DNA of 64,000 bases, from contig CAWJSJ010000001.1 of the NCBI GenBank assembly GCA_963845565.1, positions 96,001 to 160,000 on the forward strand, read 5' to 3'. Positions within the stretch are counted from its first letter, which is position 1; each line of letters opens with the position of its first letter. A program made the translations under genes and the position numbers. Positions 1 to 9,545 of this stretch are shown here, piece after piece. This stretch comes from an uncultured Methylomirabilota bacterium. Lineage in GTDB: Bacteria; Methylomirabilota; Methylomirabilia; Methylomirabilales; 2-02-FULL-66-22. The notes beneath the pieces were generated by a model. It saw only the letters and a program-made list of their open reading frames with translations, had not been told where the DNA came from and searched no databases.

Positions 1-1
1 C

Positions 2-172
2 TGGGCGCGGTACGAGGCCGAGGGGGACCGGGAGGCGCTGCGTATGCTCTTGGAGTATAACCGCGAGGATGTCATGAATCTCGTGCAGCTCGAACGGATC
101 GTGGTCGGGGTGGGGTTTGAGGTCGAGCGCGAGAGCAGAGAGCCGAGAGTCGAGAGGCCGAGAGCTGAGCAG
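2..172 (+). CDS. Partial C-terminus of an RNase H-like (YprB/RNase_H_2-like) domain, open in frame into mtaB
   Basis: Frame 2 reads WARYEAEGDREALRMLLEYNREDVMNLVQL, resembling the YN.EDV..L C-terminal motif of YprB-like exonucleases; there is no stop before the mtaB ATG at 173. Confidence 0.55.
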
Positions 173-1570
173 ATGAGGATCGCGTTTGCGACGGTGGGGT
201 GCCGCCTCAACCAGTTCGAAACCGATGCCTTGCGAGGAAAGGCGCTGGCGGACGGCTACCAGGCGGTTCCATTCGAAGAGGTCGCGGACGTGTACGTGAT
301 CAACACGTGCACGGTCACCGCCGAGGCGGATGCGGATTCCCGCCAGTTGACCCGTCGCGCGGTCCGGCGGAACCCGGCCGCGTTGGTGGTCATGACGGGC
401 TGTTACGCCCAGGCCGCTCCGGACGCAGCCGCGGCCATTCCCGGCGTCGATTTGGTGGTCGGGAATGTCGGGAAATCCGGCCTGCTGGCCGAGGTCCAGC
501 GGGTGCGTAAGACCGGCGCCGTGCGCGTCCGGGTCGGGGACATCGGCGGTGTCACGCGGATTGACGGCGATGAGTACGGACCCGGCATCGATCCGGACCG
601 TACCCGCGCCTTCCTGAAGGTACAGGATGGGTGCAATTACACCTGCAGTTTCTGTATCGTCCCCGCGGTCCGCGGTTCGAACCGCAGTCAGTCTCCCGCG
701 GCCGTGCTGGCAGCGATCCGGCGGCTGCACGCGGCAGGATTTCCCGAGGTGGTGCTCAGCGGGATCCATCTCGGGACATACGGGCGCGACCTGGACCCCC
801 GGACCACGCTGGTGGCCCTGTGCGAGGCGATCGCGGCGCTCCCCGACGGACCACGGGTGCGCCTGAGTTCCCTCGACCCCCATGAGGTCACGCCGGAGCT
901 GATTCGAATCCTCGGCGGCTCTCCTCGGTTTTGCCGCCATCTCCACTTGCCGGTCCAAAGCGGCGACGAAGAGATCCTCCGGCGGATGCGGCGAGGCCAC
1001 GGCGCGGCGGAGTTTCGGGCACTGGTCGAGCGGCTCGCGGCGGCCGTGCCGGGGATCGCGGTGACCGCCGACGTCATCGTCGGATTCCCGGGAGAAGGCG
1101 AGGCGGCATTCCAGTGCACCGTCGACCTTCTGGAGGCGTTGCCGCTGGCGGGCCTCCATGTCTTCCGGTACTCGCCCCGACCGGGAACCGCCGCCGCCGA
1201 CTTCCCGGACCGCGTCCCCAAGACGGTGACGCGCGAGCGTAGCCGCGTTCTCCGCGCCCTCGCCGGCCGGAAGGCCCTGGCGTTTCGACGGCAGGCCGTC
1301 GGGAGTGTCCTCGACACGGTGGTGCTGCGCCGCGACGGAAAGACCGACCTGCTGGAGGGGCTGAGCGACAATTATCTCCGCGTCTGGTTTCCGGGCGAGG
1401 CCGCGTTTCAGGGTAGGGTGGTCCGGGTCCGCGCGGATCAGGCGACGGGACAAGGTGTCGTCGGGATGCTGATCGGACGGGAGGCCTCCAGCGCGTGCTG
1501 CGGTGCCGGAATGGGCGATTCTTCAAGGCGTTCCGGGGATTCAGTTGACAGTCCCAAATCGGTGCAGTAA
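173..1570 (+). CDS. mtaB: tRNA t6A37 methylthiotransferase MtaB (radical SAM)
   Basis: TVGCRLNQFET, INTCTVT and GCYAQ (UPF0004 domain), CNYTCSFC radical SAM motif, C-terminal GLSDNY TRAM region. Confidence 0.9.
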   Translation: MRIAFATVGCRLNQFETDALRGKALADGYQAVPFEEVADVYVINTCTVTAEADADSRQLTRRAVRRNPAALVVMTGCYAQAAPDAAAAIPGVDLVVGNVGKSGLLAEVQRVRKTGAVRVRVGDIGGVTRIDGDEYGPGIDPDRTRAFLKVQDGCNYTCSFCIVPAVRGSNRSQSPAAVLAAIRRLHAAGFPEVVLSGIHLGTYGRDLDPRTTLVALCEAIAALPDGPRVRLSSLDPHEVTPELIRILGGSPRFCRHLHLPVQSGDEEILRRMRRGHGAAEFRALVERLAAAVPGIAVTADVIVGFPGEGEAAFQCTVDLLEALPLAGLHVFRYSPRPGTAAADFPDRVPKTVTRERSRVLRALAGRKALAFRRQAVGSVLDTVVLRRDGKTDLLEGLSDNYLRVWFPGEAAFQGRVVRVRADQATGQGVVGMLIGREASSACCGAGMGDSSRRSGDSVDSPKSVQ

Positions 1571-1573
1571 TTT
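1545..1573 (+). promoter_or_regulatory. sigma70-like promoter for the DapA-like gene
   Basis: TTGACA-17 nt-TAATTT. Confidence 0.5.
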
Positions 1574-1678
1574 CACGCGACCAGCGGCCGATCGAACGTT
1601 CGCCCGGTCGAGGGCACGGGGTGGCCGCTTCGCGGGTGGGTTGAACAATCATGCAGTCGAAAGCAAGGGAGACCTGGG

Positions 1679-2575
1679 ATGGGTAAAGAACTTCGAGGCA
1701 TCATTCCGGCGGTGATCACGCCCTTCACCGCCGACGAGCAGGTGGACGAGCCGGCATTCCGGAAGGTCCTCAACCTGATGGTCGATCACGGCGTCCATGG
1801 CCTCTTCCCGGTCGGGACCGGCGGGGAGTTCTGCGTGCTGACGCTCGACGAGAAGAAGCGCCTGATGGATATCGCGGTCAAGGAGGTGGCGGGGCGCGCC
1901 TTCGTCATGCCAAACGTGGGGGCGATCACCACCGCCGAGTCCGTGGCGCTCGCCCGACACGCCGAGGCGGTGGGCTGCGATGCCGTATCCGCCGTGACGC
2001 CGTATTTCCTGAAACCGTCCCAGGACGAGCTGTTCGAGCACTACCGCACCATCTGTGCCGCGGTGAAGCTGCCGGTTCTGGCGTACAACATCCCGGAGCG
2101 GACCGGGGGCGTGGCCTTGAGCGTGGCGACGGTCGCCCGGCTGGCCCGGGAGGTGTCGAACTTCGCGGGGATCAAGGACAGCACCGGGGATCTCACCAAT
2201 TCGGTGGAATTTCTCCAGGCGACGCCGCCGGGGTTCCGGGTCTTCATGGGGCGGGACACGTTGATCTTCGGCGCGCTGCTGTACGGGTGTGCGGGTGCCG
2301 TGGCGGCTACGGCCAACGTGGCCCCGGCGGTGGCGGTCGGGATCTACCAGGCGGTAGAAGCCGGGGATCTTGCCAAGGCCAGGGAGTTGCAGGCGAAGCT
2401 GGCGCCGGTGCGCAAGCTGTTCGGGGTCGGGTCGCATCCGGCGGGCCTGAAGGAGGCCATGGTCCAGCTCGGCATGATCGAGTGCGGACGCTGTCGTCGG
2501 CCCACACTGGACATCACGCCCGCGCAGAAGGCGGAGGTCACCAAGGTCCTGCGGGAGGCGGGGCTGACGCCGTAG
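1679..2575 (+). CDS. Dihydrodipicolinate synthase family (DapA-like) lyase
   Basis: PAVITPF, GTGGE, YNIPERTG and GIKDS (Schiff-base Lys); GTGGE rather than GTTGE leaves the substrate uncertain. Confidence 0.85.
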   Translation: MGKELRGIIPAVITPFTADEQVDEPAFRKVLNLMVDHGVHGLFPVGTGGEFCVLTLDEKKRLMDIAVKEVAGRAFVMPNVGAITTAESVALARHAEAVGCDAVSAVTPYFLKPSQDELFEHYRTICAAVKLPVLAYNIPERTGGVALSVATVARLAREVSNFAGIKDSTGDLTNSVEFLQATPPGFRVFMGRDTLIFGALLYGCAGAVAATANVAPAVAVGIYQAVEAGDLAKARELQAKLAPVRKLFGVGSHPAGLKEAMVQLGMIECGRCRRPTLDITPAQKAEVTKVLREAGLTP

Positions 2576-2589
2576 AGCCGAGAGCCGAC

Positions 2590-2784
2590 CAGGCGCTGAA
2601 AATTCGTTTTCGCTCAGGCTGCTCAAAAAGGTCCAGCCGCAAGGCGGAGCGCCGGGTACCCATCCGCAGGATGGGTGCAGGCGCGAGGCGTACTTAGCGC
2701 GTACGCCGCAGTGCCGCGCGAGCGCGCGGGGTACCCGTCCGCAGGATGGGTCGCAGCAGATGGGCCTTTTTCAGCAGCCTGCTA
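2590..2784 (-). repeat. Dispersed MITE/REP-like element, copy 1 (with two nested palindromes)
   Basis: Reverse strand starts TAGCAGGCTGCTGAAAAAGGCCCATCTGC, matching copies at 9117, 21967 and 33932; internal inverted end CAGGCTGCTCAAAAAGG at 2615-2631. Confidence 0.8.
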
Positions 2785-4392
2785 GAGCATCTGGTTGTAG
2801 TCGGCGGGGTCCACCGGGACCTCGATGACGGTCGGGCGATCGGCGGCCAAGGCGGTGGTGACGGCGGCTTCGAATTCGGGCCATGTCAGCGCCCGGACCC
2901 CGTGACACCCGAAGCCCGGGGCGATGCCGGCGAAGTCGATCGGCCCGAAATCCACGCCCGACGCGCGGAACCCCTTTCGTTCCTGATGGAGCCGAATGAG
3001 GTGGAGGCTTCGATCGCACAGCACCACCACGACGACCGGCAAGCGCAGGCGGGCGGCGGTCTCCAGTTCGGAGAGGACCATGGCCAGACCGCCGTCCCCA
3101 GTCACGGCGATCACCGCGCGCTCGGGATGGATCAGCTTGGCGGCCAGGGCGGCGGGAAGCGCCTGTCCCATGGTGGAGAGGCCGTGCGAGACGAGGTACG
3201 TCTGGGGCTGATACGAGCGCCAGATCTGCCCGACCAGCAGCTTGTGGGCGCCGGTGTCCACCGTCAGGATCGCGTCCCGGGGCGCCAGGTCGCGTAAGCG
3301 ACCGAAGAGCCGGGCGGGCGACAGCCCGAGCTGGGTGTGGTCGAGCGACGGCGTGAGAAAGGCCGCCAGTCCCTGCCGGAAGTGGGCGAGGGTGTCGGGT
3401 GGCCAGGTGCGACACGGTTGCGATTTGGTCGCGAGGGCGTTCAGGGTGTCAGGGACGCCACCGATCAGTTCCAGCGCGGGGATGAAGGACGGCTCCCCCA
3501 CGCCGTACTCGGCCACCGAGAGGAACGGGCGTTCCAGATAGAAGGGGCGAATCGCCTCGGTGGGATCGAACCCGATTCCGACCAAGAGGTCGGCCTCTTG
3601 GGCCAACTCGGTGAAGAGCCGGTCTCCCGCCATCCCGGTGCAGGTGGCCGCGAAGAGGGGGTGGTCCTCCGGGACGAGGCCCTTCGCCTTGGGTGTGACC
3701 GCGACGGGGATCTGTGCGGCGTCGAGCCAGCGGAGCAGTCCGGGCCGGCTCGCGATCGGATCGAGGCCGATGCCGACGACGGCGAGGGGCGTCCGAGCCT
3801 CCGCGATCATCCGGGCGGCCCGGTCGATCTCGGCACTCGTCGGGGCGTTGGTGGGCAGCGTCTGGTACGATTCGCTGCGGTTCGCGGCGGCGGGCTCTTC
3901 CATGCGAGCCACGTCCCCCGGCAACGCAAGATACACGGGACCGGGGCGCCCCTCCACGGTAAGGTCCAGGGCGCGCTGTACGGTGGCGGCGGTGTCCGTG
4001 CCGGTCAGGGTCTGGCTCCACTTGGTGATCGGGCGGAACAGGCCCTCCAGGTCGACCCGCTGATGCGGGAGGACGGCCGCCATGGACGTGGCGACCTGGG
4101 CCGAGATCACCAAGAGGGGGGCCCGTTCCAGCAACGCGTTGGCGACGCCGTTCACCAGGTTGGTGGCGCCCGGTCCCACGGTGGCCAGGACGACGCCGGG
4201 GCGTCGGCTGAGCTCTCCGGCGGTTCCGGCCATGATGCAGGCGGCATTTTCGTGCCGCGTGAGGATGAACTCCAGACCCAGGCGGCGGCAGGCGGCCATG
4301 ATCTCGGCGATCTCGCCGCCGGGGAGACCGAAGACACGGCGCACGCCGTTGACGGCGAGGATTCTGGCGACAACGTGGGCGACGGTCGGCAC
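2782..4392 (-). CDS. Thiamine pyrophosphate-binding enzyme, acetolactate synthase large-subunit-like
   Basis: FGLPGG, TRHE (catalytic Glu), GPGATN, STMG and GDGG TPP motif. Confidence 0.85.
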   Translation of the reverse strand: MPTVAHVVARILAVNGVRRVFGLPGGEIAEIMAACRRLGLEFILTRHENAACIMAGTAGELSRRPGVVLATVGPGATNLVNGVANALLERAPLLVISAQVATSMAAVLPHQRVDLEGLFRPITKWSQTLTGTDTAATVQRALDLTVEGRPGPVYLALPGDVARMEEPAAANRSESYQTLPTNAPTSAEIDRAARMIAEARTPLAVVGIGLDPIASRPGLLRWLDAAQIPVAVTPKAKGLVPEDHPLFAATCTGMAGDRLFTELAQEADLLVGIGFDPTEAIRPFYLERPFLSVAEYGVGEPSFIPALELIGGVPDTLNALATKSQPCRTWPPDTLAHFRQGLAAFLTPSLDHTQLGLSPARLFGRLRDLAPRDAILTVDTGAHKLLVGQIWRSYQPQTYLVSHGLSTMGQALPAALAAKLIHPERAVIAVTGDGGLAMVLSELETAARLRLPVVVVVLCDRSLHLIRLHQERKGFRASGVDFGPIDFAGIAPGFGCHGVRALTWPEFEAAVTTALAADRPTVIEVPVDPADYNQML

Positions 4393-4425
4393 GCGCAGGC
4401 TCCTCTGGGTTTCACGAAGGGACTG

Positions 4426-4454
4426 TTTCTAGCATTCGAAGTATGACCTGTCAA
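4426..4454 (-). promoter_or_regulatory. sigma70-like promoter for the TPP enzyme
   Basis: Reverse strand TTGACA-17 nt-TAGAAA with a TG extension. Confidence 0.5.
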
Positions 4455-4507
4455 GGCGGCCGCGCTCCGCGAGGACTGCCGTAGCGCGCCGGACCAGGGG
4501 AGGAGCG

Positions 4508-5374
4508 ATGGCAGAGCGGCTGATCGGGATCATCGGCGGGAGCGGCCTGTACGAGATGGACGGATTGGAGATCCTGCGCGAAGAGCGGGTACGCACGCCG
4601 TTCGGTGATCCGTCGGACCGGTACATCCTGGGCCGCCTGGCGGGTCGTCCGGTGGCCTTCCTGGCGCGTCACGGCCGGGGGCATTCCCTGATGCCATCCG
4701 AGCTCAACTTCCGCGCCAACATCTTTGGCTTCAAGCTGCTCGGAGCGGAATGGATCCTCTCCGCCTCGGCCGTGGGCAGCATGAAGGAGGACGTCAAGCC
4801 GCTGGACATTCTGATTCCGGATCAGTTCTTCGATCGCACCAACGGCCGGGCCGGGACGTTCTTCGGGAACGGCCTGATCGTCCATGTCAGTGTGGCGGAT
4901 CCGACGTGCCACGTGGTGGGGGACGTCCTGTATCGAGCGGGCCGGCAGGTGGGGGCCACCATGCACAAGGGGGGCACCTACCTGTGCATCGAGGGTCCGC
5001 AGTTTTCCACGCGGGCCGAGTCGCGGATCTACCGCAGCTGGGGCGTGGACGTCATCGGCATGACGAATCTGCAAGAGGCGAAGCTGGCCCGGGAGGCGGA
5101 GATCTGCTACGCCACCATGGCCCTGATCACGGATTACGACGTCTGGCACGAGACCGAAGACGACGTCAGCGTCGACTCGGTGGTGGCGATCCTGCGGCAG
5201 AACGCGGCCACGGCCCGTGCGGTGCTCCGGGCGGCCGTGACCATGATCCCGGCGGAGCGGAGCTGCCCCTGCGCCCACGCGCTTCGGGATGCCATCATCA
5301 CGGCGCGCGAGAAGGTGCCCGCCGGCGTCAAGCGGGAGCTGGCGCCCATCGTGGGGAAGTACCTGGGGGAATAA
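4508..5374 (+). CDS. mtnP: S-methyl-5'-thioadenosine phosphorylase
   Basis: IGIIGGSG, LARHGRGH, EGPQFSTRAES, GMT and TDYD motifs; RBS GGAGGAG. Confidence 0.92.
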   Translation: MAERLIGIIGGSGLYEMDGLEILREERVRTPFGDPSDRYILGRLAGRPVAFLARHGRGHSLMPSELNFRANIFGFKLLGAEWILSASAVGSMKEDVKPLDILIPDQFFDRTNGRAGTFFGNGLIVHVSVADPTCHVVGDVLYRAGRQVGATMHKGGTYLCIEGPQFSTRAESRIYRSWGVDVIGMTNLQEAKLAREAEICYATMALITDYDVWHETEDDVSVDSVVAILRQNAATARAVLRAAVTMIPAERSCPCAHALRDAIITAREKVPAGVKRELAPIVGKYLGE

Positions 5375-5481
5375 CCGATGCACCTTGCGGAGGCTCTCCG
5401 GTCAGAGCCGGCTGTTCGTTGGCAGGCGGACGCAGAACACCGAATATCGCGGCAACACACGACAAGAAAGGAACGCGCACG

Positions 5482-6414
5482 GTGAGTGTTCTGGTGGTGG
5501 GTTCGGTGGCATTCGATACGATTCGGACCCCGTTCGGCGTGGCCACGGAGGTTCTGGGCGGCTCGGCGAACTACTTCTCGGTGGCGGCGAGCTTCTTCAC
5601 CGACGTCCGCTTGGTGGCCGTGGTCGGGGAGGATTTCCCCGATCAGCATCTGGACTTTCTGCGCGGCCGTGGGGTGGACCTGCGGGGCTTGCAGCGGGTG
5701 CCCGGGAAGACCTTCCGGTGGGTGGGCGAATACGGGTTTGATTTCAACGAGGCCCGGACGTTGGACACCCAGCTCAACGTCTTTGCCGACTTCGCGCCGG
5801 AGATCCCCGAGGATTACCGAGACTCGGACGTGGTGTTCCTGGCCAACATCGACCCCGACCTCCAGCGGGAGGTCCTGCAACAGGTACGGCGACCGGCGCT
5901 GGTGGCGGCCGATACCATGAACTACTGGATCACCGGCAAGCCGGATTCCCTCAAACGCACCTTGGCCATGGTGGACGCCCTCGTCATCAACGATGCGGAG
6001 ACCCGACAACTTGCCCAGGAGCCGAATCTGGTCCGGGCCGCGCGCACGATCCAGTCGTGGGGGCCGCGGATTCTGATCATCAAGCGGGGGGAGTACGGCG
6101 CGCTGCTCTGCGCGGAGGGGGAATGGTTCTCGGCCCCCGCGCTGCCGCTGGAGGCCGTCCAGGATCCCACCGGAGCGGGCGATTGCTTCGCCGGCGGCGC
6201 CGTGGGGTACTTGGCCAGCCGCATGCGCTTCGATGCGGCCCACCTGCGGCAGGCCATGATCATGGGGTCGGTCATGGCGTCCTTCAACGTCGAGGCGTTC
6301 TCGTTGGATCGGTTGCGCACCCTGACCGCGGGAGAGATCGAGACCCGCTTCAAGACCTTCAAGCGTCTGGTCCATTTCAACGACCTCGAGACGCGCCCGG
6401 ATGACTCCAGATGA
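5482..6414 (+). CDS. PfkB-family carbohydrate/nucleoside kinase
   Basis: VVGSVAFD, LGGSA and DPTGAGDCFAGG PfkB signature; GTG start after AAAGGA. Confidence 0.88.
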   Translation: MSVLVVGSVAFDTIRTPFGVATEVLGGSANYFSVAASFFTDVRLVAVVGEDFPDQHLDFLRGRGVDLRGLQRVPGKTFRWVGEYGFDFNEARTLDTQLNVFADFAPEIPEDYRDSDVVFLANIDPDLQREVLQQVRRPALVAADTMNYWITGKPDSLKRTLAMVDALVINDAETRQLAQEPNLVRAARTIQSWGPRILIIKRGEYGALLCAEGEWFSAPALPLEAVQDPTGAGDCFAGGAVGYLASRMRFDAAHLRQAMIMGSVMASFNVEAFSLDRLRTLTAGEIETRFKTFKRLVHFNDLETRPDDSR

Positions 6415-6454
6415 GGCCGGGACCTCCCGGGTCCCCCTCGCACAGGCGGTGGCC

Positions 6455-7750
6455 ATGACAGACTGGCGCATTTTGGTGGCGGACGACGAGCCGTACGTTG
6501 TGCTGGCGATCAAGGAAGTCCTCGAGAGCCTGCCCGCCAGCGTGCTCGAGGCGCGGGACGGCGAAGAGGCGTTGCGGCTGGCGCGGGCCGAGCGCCCGGA
6601 CCTGATCCTGCTGGACGTGAAGATGCCGGGGCTGGACGGCTTCCAGGTCGCGGCGGCGCTTAAGAAAGACCCCGCGACGGCCGGCATTCCGCTGGTCTTC
6701 TTCAGCGCCCTCGGGGCCCCCAGCGAGAAGATCCGGGGACTGGAACTGGGCGCGGACGACTACCTGGCGAAGCCCATCGACGCCGAGGAGCTGAAGGCGC
6801 GGGCTCGCACGATTCTGCGGCGGAGTCGGCCGCGCAAGGGGCCGTCGTTCGTCGCCAGCGGGCAACTGCAGAACATGAGCCTGCCCTCCCTGGTGCTGGC
6901 CCTCGAGGGGGATCGCCGCACCACGCGACTCCTGTTGACCCGGGGCGAGGACCGCGGCGAGATCATCTTCGTGGACGGCCAGATCACTCGGGCGATCCAG
7001 GGGCCGCGGCAAGGCGAGGCGGCGGTCTACGAACTGTTGACGTGGCAGGACGGCGCGTTCCAGATGGCGGCGGTGGACCCGGCTCAGCAGATCGGGGGCG
7101 AGGTGGCGGCGCCGAACCAGGGTCTACTTCTGGAAGGCCAGCGCCGCCGCGAAGAGATACCGGACTTGAAGGGTCGTCTGGCCGCCATCACCGGGCCTCT
7201 TCGGGTTCCGCCCGCGGTGCGGGAGGCTGTGGACCGAAAGGCGCCGGCGCCCATGACCGGCCTGGTGTCCCTGTTGGACGGCGCACGGGCGATGGAGCAG
7301 ATCCTGGTCCACAGTCCGTTCGATACCTGGGCGACGCTCAAGACGTTGCTCCGACTGCTGGCCGTGGGCGCGTTGGATGCGGCGGCGCCGGAGTCCGAGC
7401 GGCGCGGGGGCTTGCGCCTCAAGGTCGGGCTGTCCATCGAATACCAGAGTCTCGGGTTGTGGCAGGAAAGCGCGACGTTCAATCTGTCGGCCTGGGGTGT
7501 CTTCATCCGGACGGCGGTTCCGTTCGATGCCGGCGAGGAGGTCATCCTGCGTTTCCAGGTGCCCGAGCGCGATCATCCAATCCGGGCCATGGGCCGGGTC
7601 GTATGGGCGAACGCCGATCCCAGCAAATGGGGCGGGATGGGCATGGGGATCCAGTTCGTGGATCTGGGCGACGAGGATCGCGGGGCGATCGAGATACACC
7701 TGGCCAACCTGGTCGCCGGGCAACTGTGCGGGGAGACGGAGAACTCATGA
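6455..7750 (+). CDS. Response regulator, REC-DUF4388(PatA_N-like)-PilZ
   Basis: REC (ADDE, LLDVKMP, KP); GQL..MSLPSLV..GEIIF..G DUF4388 pattern; PilZ RRGGLR..NLSAWG..GRVVW..GMGIQF. Confidence 0.82.
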   Translation: MTDWRILVADDEPYVVLAIKEVLESLPASVLEARDGEEALRLARAERPDLILLDVKMPGLDGFQVAAALKKDPATAGIPLVFFSALGAPSEKIRGLELGADDYLAKPIDAEELKARARTILRRSRPRKGPSFVASGQLQNMSLPSLVLALEGDRRTTRLLLTRGEDRGEIIFVDGQITRAIQGPRQGEAAVYELLTWQDGAFQMAAVDPAQQIGGEVAAPNQGLLLEGQRRREEIPDLKGRLAAITGPLRVPPAVREAVDRKAPAPMTGLVSLLDGARAMEQILVHSPFDTWATLKTLLRLLAVGALDAAAPESERRGGLRLKVGLSIEYQSLGLWQESATFNLSAWGVFIRTAVPFDAGEEVILRFQVPERDHPIRAMGRVVWANADPSKWGGMGMGIQFVDLGDEDRGAIEIHLANLVAGQLCGETENS

Positions 7751-7805
7751 TGCCGTTCGGCCGGAATGGGGTGGAGCACACGACGGAGAGAAACGGGGAC
7801 GGGCG

Positions 7806-9119
7806 ATGACAGCGTGGCGCGTGTTGCTGGCGGAAGATGAGCCGCTCATGGCCCAGATGATGGCGGACATGCTGGCCGAGTTGCCGGTCGAGGTGACCCT
7901 GGCCCGCAACGGGCGGGAGGCGCTGGCCCAAATGGAGCGGGTCCAACCGGATCTGGTGCTCCTCGATTGCATGATGCCGGAGCTGGACGGTTTCGAGGTC
8001 GCCGCCGCCCTCAAGGCCACCCCCGCCACCCAGGACATCCCGATCATCTTCCTGACGGCCCGCGGCCGGGTCGAGGACAAGGTGCGGGGCCTCGAGTTGG
8101 GCGCGGAGGACTATCTCATCAAACCCGTCCGACGCGAGGAGTTGTTGGCGCGGGTGCGGAACGTCCTGCGTCGCTGCGAGGCCCGTCGGGCCGCCGTGCC
8201 GGCGGAGTCGTCGCTGATGCGCGGCCGCCTGGAGGTCATGGGACTGCCCAACATCGTCCAGGTGCTGGAAGCGGAGCGGCGTACGGGCACGCTCCGGCTG
8301 ACCAGCCAGGGGCGGCGCGGCGAGATCCTGTTCCTGGAGGGGCGGGTATCGTACGCCGTCGAGGGCCCGCGCCAGGGAGAGCCGGCCGTGTACCGGATGC
8401 TGGCCTGGGACAAGGGCGACTTCGAGCTGGAGCTGACCTCGGGCACGGGTCCCACGGCCGCCCAGATCACGCGGCCGAATCAATCGCTGTTGATGGAGGG
8501 GGTACGCCGTCTGGACGAGATCCCGGCACTCCGTCGCGCCGTGGGGTCGTCGGACGGAGCCGTCAAGATGTTCCCGGTCTTTCGGGACGGTCTGCTCCGG
8601 CGCACGTTGCCGAGCGGGTTCCAGCAGCTGGTGATGCTCTGCGACGGCAGCCACGATCTCGGACAGCTCCTGGACACCAGCGCCCTGGACGAATGGGCGG
8701 TCTTGCGCTACCTGGCGCGCTTCATGAAGCTGGGAATGCTGGAGCACGGCGTGGCCGCCAAGCGCACGTCCCCACGCCTGGGTATTCAGATCCCCGTCGA
8801 GTTCACCAGCGTGAAGGAGCTCAAGGCGGCTCGCAGCCTGGACGTCTCGGCGCGCGGGCTGTTCCTCCGCACCGGCCAGGTGTACCCGGTCGGCGACGAT
8901 GTCCTGGTCCGGTTCAACTTGCCCGGTGTCCCCGAGCCGTTCAAGACGGTGGGGCGTGTCATGTGGAGCAGCGCGACGGACACCCCCCAGGGCTTGCCGG
9001 CGGGCATGGGCATTCAATTTCTCGACCTGGATGGGCGGGAGCAGGAAATCATCGAGCAGTACGTCGTCGAACTGTTGCTCGATCGGGTCCTGACCGAAGA
9101 GCCCAACGGCAAGACATAG
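7806..9119 (+). CDS. Response regulator, REC-DUF4388-PilZ (paralog of the upstream gene)
   Basis: REC (AEDE, LLDCMMP, KP); GRLEVMGLPNIVQ..TGTL..GEILF; PilZ RTSPR..DVSARG..GMGIQF. Confidence 0.82.
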   Translation: MTAWRVLLAEDEPLMAQMMADMLAELPVEVTLARNGREALAQMERVQPDLVLLDCMMPELDGFEVAAALKATPATQDIPIIFLTARGRVEDKVRGLELGAEDYLIKPVRREELLARVRNVLRRCEARRAAVPAESSLMRGRLEVMGLPNIVQVLEAERRTGTLRLTSQGRRGEILFLEGRVSYAVEGPRQGEPAVYRMLAWDKGDFELELTSGTGPTAAQITRPNQSLLMEGVRRLDEIPALRRAVGSSDGAVKMFPVFRDGLLRRTLPSGFQQLVMLCDGSHDLGQLLDTSALDEWAVLRYLARFMKLGMLEHGVAAKRTSPRLGIQIPVEFTSVKELKAARSLDVSARGLFLRTGQVYPVGDDVLVRFNLPGVPEPFKTVGRVMWSSATDTPQGLPAGMGIQFLDLDGREQEIIEQYVVELLLDRVLTEEPNGKT

Positions 9120-9270
9120 CCGGCTGCTGAAAAAGGCCCATCTGCGGCGTTGGAGCGCCTCGCCACTCGCTGCGACGTACCGCCAGTAGGCCTCGCTCGG
9201 GCTGCAGCGCTCCGCCTTGCGTCTGGACCTATTTGAGCAGCCCAAGGAAGAGCGGGTTTTTTTGGATCCT
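9117..9270 (+). repeat. Dispersed MITE/REP-like element, copy 2
   Basis: TAGCCGGCTGCTGAAAAAGGCCCATCTGCGGCGTTGG...CTGGACCTATTTGAGCAGCC. Confidence 0.8.
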
Positions 9271-9304
9271 GTTGCGGTCCTCGGTGGCCTCCGAGGCCGG
9301 CCGG

Positions 9305-9329
9305 GGGGTACCCATCCCCAGGATGGGTG
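9305..9329. repeat. Small palindrome GGGTACCCATCC(C/G)CAGGATGGGT
   Basis: Near-identical copies at about 2654-2677 and 2728-2751. Confidence 0.65.
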
Positions 9330-9467
9330 TGGCGCCGCGGCCGCGGGCGTGGCGCCACGGTCCGGGGTCTCGCGGAAGCGTTCCGAGACCGAACACCATC
9401 GCCTCCCGCCTTCCGCCCCGCACGCCCATCGCCGCATCTCGCCCCTCGCGCCCCGTCCTCCCTGTTC

Positions 9468-9495
9468 TTGCAGACGGACGTTGTCGAGGTATAAT
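9468..9495 (+). promoter_or_regulatory. sigma70-like promoter for uvrA
   Basis: TTGCAG-16 nt-TATAAT. Confidence 0.5.
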
Positions 9496-9545
9496 ACTAG
9501 ACCGCTACCGCCATTCACCGGCAGCGCAGGAAGGAGTCCCGGCGC

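Noticed and set aside
9420..9545. LexA/SOS box upstream of uvrA
   Set aside because: No match to known CTGT-N8-ACAG or GAAC-N4-GTTC boxes was seen.
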